The notes under the pieces: generated by a model
What the model saw: only the letters and a program-made list of their open reading frames with translations
Database searches by the model: none
Told to the model about the DNA's origin: nothing
Origin: Podarcis filfolensis
Taxonomy: Eukaryota
Direction: 5' to 3' (one strand)
DNA length: 64,000 nucleotides
Assembly: GCA_964270895.1 (NCBI GenBank)
Contig: OZ185438.1
Program-made: the position numbers and the translations under genes
Shown here: positions 47,044 to 60,245 of the stretch, in pieces
How the letters are laid out: each line of letters opens with the position of its first letter
Position numbering within the stretch: position 1 is the stretch's first letter

Positions 47044-48042
47044 AAGAGAGGGCCTCTTCGCTGCCATCACTTTTATTTCATTCTTTCCATGGGTGGGTTG
47101 CTCCATGCTTGCCCCTGGTTATGAGGTCCTCCAACTTTTCATGCAGTTGAGTAAACAGCCTTGAGTCTTTACAAAGCCACAGTTGAGCAGACAGCCAGGA
47201 AACCAGATCAAGAAACTAAATTGAGTGGCCATGCATTCTCCACAGAGGGGTACATTGCACTAACGGCATTGGAGCCTGCTAATTTGTTTTGGAAATCCCT
47301 GAAGCAAGACTTAGAATCATGAACATGTATTTCTCTCTTTGCTACTCAGTCCCCTCCCAGCCACAACTGAATGCCATGAATAATTCAGAGAATCACAATT
47401 TTCAGACTTTTCTGGCATGTATTTACCCACTTACTTACCTTTCAGCGCTCTCAAAAATCCAATCAGGTTAAGAGCATTTTAATGCGCCCATAATATGTCC
47501 ATTGCTCCAGACTTTGGATTAAAGGAATAAAGAGTTCTTGTAATGGTTTGGAGGGATGTTGAGGTTACTCCAGCAATAGAAGCAAAATTTGTTTCATTTA
47601 CCATGCATTTGATTTTGAAATACTTTTTAATTTAAACTGAATATCTTCCAGAGTACTTTGCACACTGGAAAGGTTATATGAAGTACATTTCAGACGGGCA
47701 ATAGTCTCAGCTCAACCACACAAAATTAGTTTGCCATCAATAATCATGCAAATTGGTTCACCCTTTCTGAACATCATCCAGATTTACAACCAAGGCTTCA
47801 ATAATTGCTATAAATAGCAGCTAGCTTTCAAATACATCACTGATCTTATCTTAAGGGACTCTGTCAGTGTTATGGTTTTTGTGTTAGCAGCACAGAACTT
47901 GTTCCTTGCCAAACCTTTCATGGAATTCTTGCATGGCTTCGTTAAAATTGGTAACACAGGTTAGTGTAAAGGCATTGTGCATGCCACTGACTCTGTTGAT
48001 CCTTTTCAAGTTTTGCCTTCTTTCATAGGAGCGCAGGGGAAG

Positions 48043-48215
48043 ATAGGAAGCTGTCTTATCCTGAGTCAGACCATTGGTCTATCCAGTGTTGTCCACGCTG
48101 ACTGACAACAGCTTTCTAGGGTTTCAGAGGGTTTCCCCAGCCCTGTGTGGACATGATGAAGGTGAAACTCGGGACCTTTCACATTCAAAGCAGATGCTCT
48201 ACTGCTGAGTTATGG
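48043..48215 (-). mobile_element. tRNA-derived SINE
   Basis: ATAGGAAGCTGTCTTATCCTGAGTCAGACCATTGGTC...GCAGATGCTCTACTGCTGAGTTATGG, same family as 46859. Confidence 0.75.
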
Positions 48216-51200
48216 TTTGCAGACTGGTGTTTGCTGGGCTGGCCCAAGACATGGTGTGGCCTGAGTACAAATGACATCCTGTCTCCCCCAATACCAAGCC
48301 AAGGTGCACAATATCCAAGCCCCCCCTCCAAGCTATTGTGACACATAAGGCAACAAATCTCATAAGAACCTATTCCCCCCCCACTAATAAAATGCAGTAA
48401 CTTAAAATTAAATAACTAACAATTTGCTTCCATTTTGTGATGCTTCAACTCTGCTGCCTGAATTGGTTGGTCCCTTGCTCTGCCCAATTATAGGGTCAGC
48501 CCTGCGGAATTACAATCTAGGAACAACTTTTGGATGTCTCTAAGGACAGAAAACTGAATTGTCAAACATGGCTGCTGCTCTCGTTTGTTAGGAAATGCAG
48601 CAGTGTTGCTGCTGGTAGCCTCCAGTCTATTTCTGGCAGGCAGGAGTGACCATTTCAGGAGTGGCACTGCCACCACCTCAGGACAAAAGTATTTGGGAAA
48701 GGAAAGCACTGCTTCTCCCTTCCCTTGCTTCTGAGGTGGCGGTAATGATACCCTTCACAGCATGACCAAGAAAGAAAGTAAAGTCAGTTAGGGAGAATAT
48801 CATCTTTTGTGTGAAAGCAGCCAATTACAAGCATTTTGTTAAATACGTAACTGCAGAGGTTGGGTGGGATAGAGGTGCTGCACTAGCTTCCAGGTAGGTA
48901 GGTCACTGCTGCTTACTGGGAGAGGGGAGGAAGGAAGGTTGGTGTGGTGAAAAGGCACCAGCAGGAGCATAGGATTGGCTCCACCAGTGCATTTGCACCA
49001 ACACTGCCTTGCCCTCTCCCTCCCAGTAAGCAATGACAACCCACCTGCTAGGAAGGTAGCATAGTAGTTGCACCCCACCCAACCCATAGCTGAAGAGATT
49101 CTACCACTATCCCTGGTATAAAAAGAGCTCAGTTGCTTTAGTCATGGAAATGAGACAAAGTACGTCAGTCGGCTTTTCTGATGTCTGACAATGTTCAGTT
49201 AAAGCAGAAGCCCCATTCCCTACTGGGATTCTGCTATCTATTAACTGTGTGGGGGTGGGGTGGGGAGGCCAGCAAGAAAAACCTCTGATAATTAAGTTAG
49301 GATGACTGCCAAGATGTAATGGTTTTCCTGTGTATGAAAAGCGTCACGGGCAAGGAGTTATTTTTCCTAATTGTAAGCATTGGTGTACATATTTCATGAA
49401 TTAGAACAAGCATTATATTGATTAAAACCTTTAAATCTTACTATCAGAGCAAAATAAATATTTAAAATGAGAACAGTTCCTCTGGGGATTGGTACATTTT
49501 TCATTGTGTTATAGCTTTATAGAATAATATGTTGCAAATAGATATCCACCACTGGATCGTGTGTGTGTGCATGGTGGGGGGGGGGGATTCTTAATTTTGA
49601 AAGGCTGCACTTTGTTTATCGCTGAAATGGCCATACTGAATGTACAAAATAGTTTGAATTAGCCAAATGTCTGCATCACATGCTTTTACTAAATCATTTC
49701 CAAGCAAAGCTGAATTTGCGACTCATTCAAAATACATGATTTACTACATTACGTTTGAAATTCTCTGTAGAGATTTAAAAGCTTTATGTACTTTTTCCCC
49801 AGGATAATTTCTAGCTATGAATAAGAGAGAAGACGGAAGGGGAGCTAGAGGCATTTAACATTTTCTGTAGCATATCTGTATCCAGTGTGTCTACTGCCTG
49901 TCACACAGTCAACACCATAATTTTGAAGGGCAATAGGTGTCAGTAAACACACGCAGAAGAAACTTGTTCCGGCAACTGTACTTATCTTGGGCATTGTGGC
50001 TTTAGAGTCTGGGCTTTCTCTAAATGATACATGGGACTCTCAACACTTCTTAGTCTGCTTTGCATTCTCTTTTCTTGGTGGAAATTAAAAAATAAAAATA
50101 AAATAAAAAATCTGATAGAGCTCTTCCATGCTTATGCCTCAGAAGTGCGGCCCCACCATGTGGTGAAATAGAGAGTGAAAAACAGTGATCTACCCAGCAT
50201 CTTCACATGAAAGCATATTTCTGCATTTAAAATCATATAAGTTTTAATTCAAACATTTTCAGATATAAAACTGACCTGGGCAAATCTAGAAGTTTGCCAT
50301 TATGCTTTAAGATGAGGATCCAGCAATTGGGTTGGTCTTGGATTTATCGGCAATAACTTTAAAAGTTGAGGGGAATTTAATTAGCAAGCAGTTTCTGCAG
50401 TGTGGGCTTTATTCTGTGTGCTGTAGAGATCAATGCACCAGTGTTTTCCCTGCTTTTGTTACTGTTCAAGGTAGAACAGTGATTTGTGGGCAGATGCAAG
50501 CTTTAGTAGGTATAAAACATCAAGGTGAACATTTACAGCAAAATGCTTAGTCCATCTGTATTTGGTACAGGGTTCATAAAAGATATGTGTACATAAGACA
50601 GCTGTCCACATGTCAAACTGCTTTTAAAACTGCTGACAGTCAACAGTATTTTATTTTCATTTTCTTGATTTGCAGCATTTAGGACCCTGACCAGTGATCC
50701 CAAGGTGGTGCACATCCATAAATCAGTAGCACCTTCACAGTGAACAGGCCTTCAGATGTCTTCTGCTGCCAGAGGAGGACACCTCCTCCTTACCCTTTCT
50801 GCTGCCTCTTTAAGGGCAAGACTAGGCAATACATTAAACATATGGATGCACATTATGAGTCTTCCTGTTTTCTTTAAAAATAGCACCTGGAAAGAGTTCA
50901 CTCAGGATCAGGAGGACTATGGTGCACACAGAAGCATTTTAAAACACCTGTTATTCTCCACCATCCCTGCTCTTCCCTGCCCAAGGAAAGAAGCAGCAGC
51001 TCCTGCAGAGGATTCTTGACAGGGACCACTGAGCAAGAGGAGAGGTTAAACCTAAATTCTTGCCCTGGTCCTGATCAGATTCTCCCACAGCTGCTTTTTA
51101 AAAAAAATAAAAATAAAAAATCAGGCACAATAAATGGAGTCACACTTTCTGTGCATATTACAATTTGTCCACAATACTGTTGCCATTCTTTGGCTTAGGT

Positions 51201-52399
51201 TAACCCACCACACGGTCCTCTACTGGTCATAGAATAGTGAGAGAGACAGAGACGACAAGAATTAAAAATGTCAGTGAAAAGGCAAAAGAAATGGCATGTC
51301 AGCAATTCACAGGGCAGCAGAAGAGACTTTTACTGATATCATTTATCAGTTCCCTTTCCATGGTGAGCAATGAGCAAGGCAACATACAAATAAGTAAAGT
51401 TCCTAAATATACAATTATAAAAAACCATTAAAACCACAGAGACTGAAATAAGTAAGCAAAAAACTTAAAAACAACAACTACGTGAAACAATTTAATTCGT
51501 TAATTAATAACATATTTTTGGGGAGGTGGGGGTTTTGTGTGCTTTATATGGCTGATATCCAGCTGACTCAGAGAAAACCCATTCAAATCAATGGACAAAT
51601 TAATTAAATCCTTCAGTGGATCTACTCCCTGCATGTTTAACAACGGATCTCACGGTATACTTTATATGGGCAACTGGCACAGATTCTGATCAGCATTAGG
51701 TAGGAAAATTATAGCCCTCAGACTGATGGAGGAAGAAACACTTGTCCAATAACATGGTGAGTAGGAAATTGGATTTTGGAAACATATAATATAGAGAGCT
51801 TTGCTTTCTGCAATACCCAACCAACATGAAATTTACACTTTCAAAGCTGCTTTCTTTCTTTAGTTCCACTTGCCAGTGAGCAGACATGACAAGGCTAGGA
51901 GGTCCAGGAATGTTCATGTTCTTATGAGTTTAACTGAACTTAATAACCTGGAATAGGATAAGCAGGAGCTGTTGCTGTCATAGAAAGGTTGATCAGAACA
52001 GCTGAAAGTGTTAAGAGCATCTAATATTTATGAATACCAGTTGTTAAGCTGCTGACACTACATTAAAATATGGAGCGAGTTACTTGTGCCTTTAAAATGC
52101 TGTGCCACAGGAATGCTTTGTAGTTCACCTTGACTGAAAAATTCCCAAGCAAGCAAGTCAGCAAATTTCTTTTTCTTTTTATTCGGTGTCCCAGTTTGGT
52201 TGTGTTCTATAACAGTGCTTCGCACCAGCCTTTCAACTGGGTGCCAAATTTGATCTAACAAGAGGTTTCTTTGCCATCAGAACACTGTTAGCAGTAGGCA
52301 CTGTTAGCTGACTGAAATGTGCTATGAGACTGGGAGAAGTTAAATTAATCTCCCAGTTCTGACATTCAGCAGCAATGTCCAATTAATAGGATTGGATTA

Positions 52400-53048
52400 T
52401 TAATCCATCTGGTATGCAGGCTGAGACCCTATCTGCCCGTGGACTGCCTCGCCAGAGTGGTGCATGCTCTGGTTATCTCTCGCTTGGACTACTGCAATGC
52501 GCTCTATGCAATGCGCTCTACCTTTGAAGGTGACCCGGAAACTACAACTAATCCAGATTGCGGCAGCTAGATTGGTGACTGGGAGCGGCTGCCGAGACCA
52601 CTTAACTCTTGAAAGACCTACACTGGATGCCAATACGTTTCCAAGCACAATTCAAAGTGTTGGTGCTGACTTTTAAAGCCCTAAACGGCCTCGGTCCAGT
52701 ATACCTGAAGGAGCGTCTCCACCCCCATTGTTCTGCCTGGACACGGAGGTCCAGCACCGAGGGCCTTCTGGTGGTTCCCTCACTGCGAGAAGCCAAGTTC
52801 CAGGGAACCAGGCAGAGGGCCTTCTCAGTAGTGGCACCCAGCCTGTGGAACGCCCTTCCACCAGATGTCAAAGAGAAAAACAACTACCAGACTTTTAGAA
52901 GACATCTGAAGGCAGCCCTGTGTAGGGAAGCTTTTAATGCTTGACGGACTACTGTATTTTAATATTTTGTTGGAAGCAGCCCAGAGTGGCTGGGGAACCC
53001 CAGCCAGATGGATGGGGTATAAATAAATTATTATTATTATTATTATTA
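52400..53048 (+). mobile_element. L2 LINE 3' fragment
   Basis: ORF pieces LQLIQIAAARLVTG and LHWMPIRFQAQFKVLVLTFKALNGLGP...APSLWNALP are typical of the L2 ORF2 C-terminus; (ATT)n tail; 14-bp tandem duplication at 52493-52520. Confidence 0.9.
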
Positions 53049-53689
53049 GGGAGGGAGGAGGAAATTAATTTGATTTGCATTATAAAGCACACTGACCTAA
53101 TTTGCCAGTCCTGGATTTGGATGTAGATCAGAACACAGATATTACTCATATTATGAACCTCTCTGAATTTTGTGATGCAGCTTTGGGTTCCAAAAAATGC
53201 ACAACAATTGGTATTTTATAGGAAAAAAATGCAAACAAAACACATATTTTGAGGGAAGAATATGGCCTTGTTTTCAACACCTGATATACATATTTTCGGG
53301 ATCCAACCTTTTTTGTGCTTAAAAACTTAAAATTTAAGAAAATGAAACTATTTTAAACTACATTTTAAATTGTCATAACCTGCCCTGGGACCTTAGAATG
53401 AAGGGCAGGTTGTTAACAAGTAGAAGAAGAGGAAGAGCTGTGTATAATTTAAATACAATTTTAACGCTACCTTTTAAAAATGCAAAAGACTAGCATTGTC
53501 TGTGATATACATACTGGCCACAATTCAGTAAATCAGAGGTGAGCAGAAAGTACATCAGGATCTGCCTATAAATCTTGGAGTAGTTTGCAGTAGATCAGCA
53601 AGGATGTCTGACTCTTTTCCTTAGAAAAGGATGCTGTGATTACTAAGACCCAAGTCATGCTTGACGGTTTTCATTTCTTTCTCTTTTTG

Positions 53690-53781
53690 TACAGAGTTAC
53701 AAGTTGGTGGATTAGGGGAATGCTGAGGTCATAGTGTGTCTTGATTTCAGTAAGGCTTTTGACAAAGTCCCCCATGATAAG
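53690..53781 (+). mobile_element. CR1 RT fragment
   Basis: Translates as ...GNAEVIVCLDFSKAFDKVPHD, the CR1 RT motif A region. Confidence 0.6.
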
Positions 53782-53796
53782 TGTATACATACATGC

Positions 53797-54178
53797 CAAC
53801 CTTCCGATCAGTAAGGCTAAGAGGCTCAGTGGTTTAGACCACCTGCGCCTGCCACCCATTCAAATCTGCACGATGAGGTGAGCTCCCCTTGCTCTGTCCC
53901 AGCTTCTGCCAACCTAGTAGTTCAAAAGCACACCAATGCAAGTAGAAAAATAGCTACCACTGTGGTGGGAAGGTATACGGTGTTTTCGTGCACTCTGGCT
54001 TTTGTCACAGGGTCCGGTTGTGCCAGAAGTAGCTTAGTCATGTTGGCCACATGACCTGGAAAGCTGTTTGTGGAGAAATGCCTGTTCCCTCGGCCTGAAA
54101 GCAAGATGAGCACCACACCCCATAGTAGCCTTTGACTGGACTTAACCGTCCAGGGCTCATTTGCCTTTACCTTTTACC
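53797..54178 (+). mobile_element. Sauria SINE, near full length
   Basis: GTGAGCTCCC...CCAACCTAG...CACATGACCTGGAAAG body, CCTTTACCTTTTACC tail, 11-bp TSD TACATACATGC (53786-53796, 54179-54189). Confidence 0.85.
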
Positions 54179-55717
54179 TACATACATGCACATATTTGTA
54201 TGTCTATGTTATACATATTTTTATATAGATAGAGGAATGCTATTTAAATGTTCAGAACAAGGATGATATTGCAGTCAGTAAAATGACTCAAGCAAGCAAA
54301 TGTCTTTGTTTGGAGCATTCTCTGTTCTTTTGCTGTGAGATCTACTTGGGCCAGTAGATGGCACCATTTCATTTTGCTTTTTGCAATCTTGCAATTTAGA
54401 GTCCGATACATGACTGAATCAACATATACTTACATTGGGGGGGGGGAAGAAACCAAAAGCCAGAATCGTAAACACAGTTACTTGGGCATTAATTTCATTG
54501 AACTCAGTAGTCCCTTTAACTGAGTTGAAATTCATAAGATAACACTATTTCAATTATTATGAGACATTTCTTTTAGCAGTCATTTATAATCACTCATGAG
54601 GAAGGCCCCGGTATTATTAATATTTTTTAAGTGCATGGAAATGATTTTTCCCCCTCCCTAGCACACCCCCCATTGTGAAGCATGATCACTAACACTTGTA
54701 GAATTTTCTCTACCAGCTTTAGATATTTCCTGGGATTTGCTTTTGAAAGATGTGTGCACAAATGCACACACACACAAACACACACACACACGCCATAGAA
54801 ATACTGGCATACTTGGACAGAAAGGAAAAGGGTTTTGGAATACAGGGGAGGAGTGTTTGAGGAGTGGGAGAAAAACATACACCCCAGATTCATTACAGCT
54901 ATCTCTGCCCATCCAGGTAGTCGCAAGCAGTGCAATAGCAATGAATATCCATGACTGCAAATAATGGAAATGTGCAGAAGCTGTTCTGCCAAATGTGCTG
55001 TCACAGTAAAACTTGTTCTAAGTTACCTGTTTGTGACATGCGGCCCTTGTCTAAAACAACATAAAATATAATGAATGCTGATGTGTTAGCAAAGCTTCTG
55101 AAGAATCTGTCTCTGGAGCAGGGGGCAGGAGTAGGAGATATGAAACTACTATTTAACACAGGAGACTGCCATTGAAAGAGTTATTGCTTCCTTCTGTAAA
55201 AACTCCCTGCAGACTCAAAACTAGAACACCCGAAAGAGAACTAAACTAGATCTCACCTTTGAAATGCTAGTTTTGAAGTGATAGGGGAGGTGTTAATGTT
55301 TTTTATTTTTATAAAACCGGGACAAACCTCCAAACATTTGGTGAGACAGCAGGAAGAACAAAGAATTTGAACCAGCTATAGATGCATGCATGGCATGGGG
55401 CTCATGTATAAAGTTTGGAGATGGGAGGAAAAGGAAACCCAGGACTGAGTGAACACAGGGAGGGAGGATGGATAAAAGAGGAGAGAAAGAACAAACAAAT
55501 AAGTGGTGAATGATAAGAATGGAAAACTGGACATGAGTGGCATGGCCAACCCTACCATTAGGGAAACAGAGGGGGTAGATACTGGGGGTCCGGGTAGAAG
55601 CAGAGCCCTCATTCTCCCTGAGCTCCCTAAGTTCCCTATGCTAATTTGCTGCACTTAGATGAGGAAAAGGATGTTGTCCCTTTGCTAGTACAACTGTCAG
55701 CCTGATTGGATTCTGTA

Positions 55718-55868
55718 TATAGAATCGTAGAGTTGGAAGGGACCCTGAGGTTCATCTAGTTCAACACTGTGCAATGCAGAAATCCATCCCACAGCAATCC
55801 CTGGGTGGGCTTGAACCAACAACCTTCTGGTAAACAGCCAGATGCACTGACCCATCATACCACAGAGG
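55718..55868 (-). mobile_element. Short tRNA-headed SINE with CR1-like 3' tail
   Basis: Minus strand has a tRNA-like head with a box B-like GGTTCAAGCCC, then GAACTAGATGAACCTCAGGGTCCCTTCCAACTCTACGATTCTA. Confidence 0.7.
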
Positions 55869-56153
55869 CCCTGGGAGAGGTGCCACCATCTTGACCTTTG
55901 CTTCAGGGCCAACAATCTGCCTTGGGTACATTATATATGTGGCACCCACGGCTCTTCTCCGCAACAGAGGAGAGGGGATCAGGAGGAATGGCAGGGGGAT
56001 CAGAATGGCCAGGGGATAAGGAGGAATGGCAGGAGGTTCTGCCATTGCTGCTCCCTAGCATCTGCTTCCTGGGGCCATTGAATCACTCAGTCTAATGGTA
56101 GGGCCAGCCCAATGAAAATAATTCCTAGGATGGGAACACTAAGAGAGGGTATA

Positions 56154-56379
56154 CAGTGGTACCTCGGGTTAAGAACTTAATTCGTCCTGGAGGTCCGTTC
56201 TTAACCTGAAACTGTTCTTAACCTGAGGTACCACTTTAGCTAATGGGGCCTCCCGCTGCTGCCATGCTGCCGCTGCACGATTTCTGTTCTCTTCCTGAAG
56301 CAAAGTTCTTAACCTGAGGTACTATTTCTGGGTTAGTGGAGTCTGTAACCTGAAGCATCTGTAACCCGAGGTGCCACTG
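56154..56379. mobile_element. Tc1/mariner-type MITE
   Basis: TIR CAGTGGTACCTCGGGTTA / TAACCCGAGGTGCCACTG; TA target duplication on both sides; internal TTCTTAACCTGA repeats. Confidence 0.9.
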
Positions 56380-56409
56380 TATATTTGGATTTGTTGGTGG
56401 GGCTTCGAA

Positions 56410-57270
56410 GACACTGAAAAGAGTGGGTGGAGGGACATCAAGAACACTGGATTTCAGCAGATAAAAATTTGGTGAAATGTGTGATGTGTTGGATGGAATT
56501 GAATAGGCGGAAGTGATGTGGGAAAAGAATACTGAGGGTAATGGAAAGTTTTCAAAGATAAATTAAATGCCGTGCACAGCCAGGTTATGCATGTCAGATG
56601 GCAATAAATATAGCAGAAGTGAGGAGAGAGGCCAAGGTGGAGAACAAGTACGTACAAAATGCAATCACGGATAAGAAAGGGAATATGAGAAGTATAAAAC
56701 ATCAGGTACAGAGAAGGGCTGATAAGAATACAGAATGAAGCAGAGGGAGTGTAAAAAATTGATAAGAAAAACAAAGAGGGGGAATGAAAAGAAAATGGCA
56801 CAAAAGGTAAGATAAAATAAGTTGGTTTTTTGTTGTTAGCAGAAATGGGAGCAGACAACAGTTGTTTGACACAGTAAAAATAATTTATTGGGAGGCAATG
56901 GAAATATTTCTCAAACAGTTGCATTTTTGGCCTTGGTACTCAGGAAGAAAGATGGAACAGGGATGCCAGAAACATCTATAAATGTGCCAGGGAGTGAGTG
57001 GAGAGAGGGTAAGAGAAATAAGATTGTTCCAGAGGAGGTGGCTGCAAATTAATATGGATGAAGAGTTGCAAAAGTTCAGGACCATAAGGGATTTGTCAAG
57101 AGTTTTAAATGAAGCTGCGGATGAGTTTGGTAACAACTTAGCACAGTGATGGAGGCAGCCAGCCTGCCCTGTTTCCTTACAGGGATTTTGTATTTTAAAA
57201 GGGAATGCTCCTTGGAAAGGAGATCGAAGCAGAATTGGAAGCTTCACCACTTGAAAATAGCCAGGACTCT
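56410..57270 (+). mobile_element. Old CR1 ORF2 fragment (EN-RT linker to RT start)
   Basis: Purine-rich decayed coding sequence. AAAAGTTCAGGACCATAAGGGATTTGTCAAGAGTTTTAAATGAAGCTGCGGATGAG resembles the KSPGPDGIHPRVLKE motif; many stops. Confidence 0.55.
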
Positions 57271-57499
57271 CTCTGCCTTTGATGGTTTTTCCCAGGTAAA
57301 AATAAACAAATAGAATCTCAACCACACATGAATTTTTTCCCCCATAGAAAATCTAACAGGAAGTTACTCATCTTGTTGAGGCACAAAGATTGTCTGCAGT
57401 TTCTACAACAATCTGTTTCATTGCTGGAGCCCTTTAAGAATATGACAATACAAAATGATTATATGGGCCTGGAAACCTATTAAGATTGTGCCTTTTAGC

Positions 57500-58790
57500 T
57501 TTTATTTTATTTATTTATTTATAAAAAATATATACGGCTGCATCAGAAAGATATATCACAGTGGTTTACAACAATATAAAAACATAAAACCAGACAAAAT
57601 CATAAAAAGTTAAAAAACAAGTTAAAAACAAAAAGAAATTTAAAACAAACATCAATAGATCCTTGTGGAGGTGTACTCAGTGCTTCCCCCCCAGGGGGTA
57701 CTCAAGGGTACGCAATACCAGCACCTCTTGGGTTGTTGTTAAAAAGTGTGGCATTTACTGTAACAACTTCATGGTGAGTACTGGCACCTATTTTCTTGGG
57801 GGGGGGGGAGCACTGGGTGTACTCTTAATTGCTTGCATGGGCCTGATGGAATAGAAAAGTTTTCAGCATACATTTAAAATTTGGCATCAAAGGTGCCCAC
57901 TGAATCTCTGTTGGCAGAGTGTTCCACAGGACTAGGCCAATGGCAATAAAGAATCAGTTTCTCATTGTGTCCAATGAGCTTCACCAACTCAGGGAATGAT
58001 GAAAGATGCTCCTGCAGATGATCTTAGTGATCAAGCAGGAATATAAGGATTCAGATGATTCCTGAGGTCACCAATGCATGGACTAGTGGACAGGCTGTCC
58101 CTGTCAAGGAATTGCCATAGTTGGTGAACTATACAAAGCTGGTGAAAGGCACCCCTAGACGCAGAGGACACATGGGCCTCTAGCAACAAGGATGTGTCTA
58201 GGAGTACCCCCAAAATACACACCTGCTCCTTCAGAGGGAGTGCAACTCCATCCAGGACAGTTAACACCAATTTCCTGATCATGGGAAGCACCCACCCAAA
58301 GAGCTTCCATCTTCCCTGGATTCAAACACAGCTTACTGGCATCCATTGCATCCAGACACCCATCTAAAGTCTCTCCTGATTCAGATGTTATGGAGAAGTA
58401 GAGCTGTGTGTCATCAGCATACTGGTGACGCCTCATTCCAAAACTCTGAATGACCACACCCAATGGCTTCATATTAAATAGCACTGTACGCTTTGGAAAC
58501 CCATAGCACAAATACCAGGAGGCAAGTAACACAAATACCAGGAGGCAAGTAACACTCACCCTCTCTGGGCAAGAGCCTGAAGATATGTAATACAGTGCAT
58601 TCAATACCAATCTCACTAAGTCTATCCAGGAGAATACCATGGTTGTTGGCACCAAATTTACATTTTATCTTCAGAATGCATTTAAAAAGCTTGGCTAGCC
58701 CCCCTGGATGCTGAATGCAGTTACTTTTCCAACCCATTCCCCAATTTCCTCAGAAATTGATCTTGGCAGACTTTTCCAAACCAGGCTGTA
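57500..58790 (-). mobile_element. Decayed L2 LINE
   Basis: Minus-strand ORF pieces HGILLDRL, HQYADDTQLY, KLCLNPGKMEAL and LGVLLDTSL; A-rich tail near 57500-57650; 23-bp tandem duplication at 58507-58552. Confidence 0.8.
57678..57815. mobile_element. hAT-type MITE nested in the L2
   Basis: TIR CAGTGCT / AGCACTG; exact 8-bp TSD GGTGTACT; interior nearly the same as 60246-60376. Confidence 0.85.
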
Positions 58791-59708
58791 TCCATAGGAT
58801 CATCAAGACATGATCATATCTTTCATTTCTCCTTCTGAGTATTTTAAATAGAATTTTTGAGAGTTGCATATTCCATGTTTGCAGCTACATTAATTTTTCC
58901 AAAGCTTGGGAAACTATGTGTGCTTTAAAAGGAAAGCCAAAGGTATATTCTTCATGCTTCAGCCTATGAGACTGCTCTTGCTTTTCAGAGATGATTTCTT
59001 TTGACAAGGGCAGACAGCTAGATTTGTGAATATTCTACATCTTCTAGACCTTGCTGCGTTTTTCTCTGGGAATCTGACCCTGAATTCACAGACATCCAAT
59101 CTCCTGGTAAGCCATTGCCGTAGACTGATGAACAGGAACATTTCCACAATTTATTCTGAAGTTAAACCGAACTGTTAAAGGCGCTCTATGCATTTACTGT
59201 CATATAATACCCCCTAGGATGGTCAAGATGGCCAGAAAACAGTTGAAGATAAACAGATTCCTAGAAAACCACATGCACTGCTCCTTTTATCTACCTGAAA
59301 GGGCTGGGTATCTTTTTGTCTAGGAAATTCATATACAAATAAAGCACAGAATTAGTACTATACATTTAGGGCCCTATTATGAAACTTTGCAGGCACACAC
59401 AGAAACAATGAGAACCATTGCACTGAAAAAGTTGAATTGCAATTTTATATGGCAAAACCAGTTTGTGTTGTTGGTAGAAAAGAGCAAATGAGACTGCAGT
59501 GCACATCCACATATCATAGATTAGAACATGATGTTCTTCTTCACACTCTCATATTCTTAATTCAAATCTATATATAATAAAGAAATATATCAGAACAAAG
59601 AATAGTGCAATATTTTCAAACGAACCTGATGAGCTGCTATTGTTAACACAACTTCCTAATAATAGTGCTTTTATATTGTGGCATCTAGTCCTTTTTGTTT
59701 GTAGAGGG

Positions 59709-60032
59709 CAGGCTTCTTCAGACTTGGCCCTCCAGATGTTTTGAGACTACAATTCCCATCAGTGGCGTAGCGTGGGTTGTCAGCACCCGGGGCAAGGCAA
59801 GTAATTTGCGCCCCCTAACCCATGGATTTGCGCCCCCTAACCCGTGGATTTGCGCCCCCTAACCCATGGATTTGCCCTAACCCCAGATGTTGCGCCCGGT
59901 GCGGCCGGCCCCCCCTGCACCCCCCACGCTACGCCACTGATTCCCATCACCCCTGACCACTGGTCCTGCTAGCTAGGGATCATGGGAGTTGAAGGCCCAA
60001 AACATCTGGAGGGCCGAGTTTGAGGAAGCCTG
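59709..60032. mobile_element. Palindromic hAT-type MITE (host of a nested MITE)
   Basis: Same family as 18825; 6/8 TSD GTAGAGGG / GTGGAAGG; split at ATTCCCAT. Confidence 0.85.
59760..59939. mobile_element. Young hAT-type MITE with internal 22-bp tandem array
   Basis: Perfect 17-bp TIR CAGTGGCGTAGCGTGGG; exact 8-bp TSD ATTCCCAT; three full units plus a partial unit of ATTTGCGCCCCCTAACCCRTGG from 59804. Confidence 0.9.
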
Positions 60033-60245
60033 GTGGAAGGACTCATAGCAGAATCCACAGTGCTGGTTCTGCTTCAGAGGGCAGCATCGGAAAAGAAGAT
60101 TAAATGAAGATTTAAAGTAGGGGTATCCAACATGGTGCCCTCCTGCTGTTACTGGACTATGACTCCCATAAGCTTCAGCCAGCTTGGCCAATGGTCAGGA
60201 ATGATGGGAGCTGTACACTTACCAATGGAGGAAATGGGGGACAAG

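Noticed and set aside
56454-57325. Two hydrophobic minus-strand ORFs of about 150 aa
   Set aside because: They are antisense readings of a purine-rich decayed CR1 fragment.
59804-59884. Tandem array as CRISPR-like or as a true interstitial telomere
   Set aside because: Eukaryotic context, no unique spacers, and the CCCTAA words are isolated inside 22-bp units rather than a (TTAGGG)n tract.
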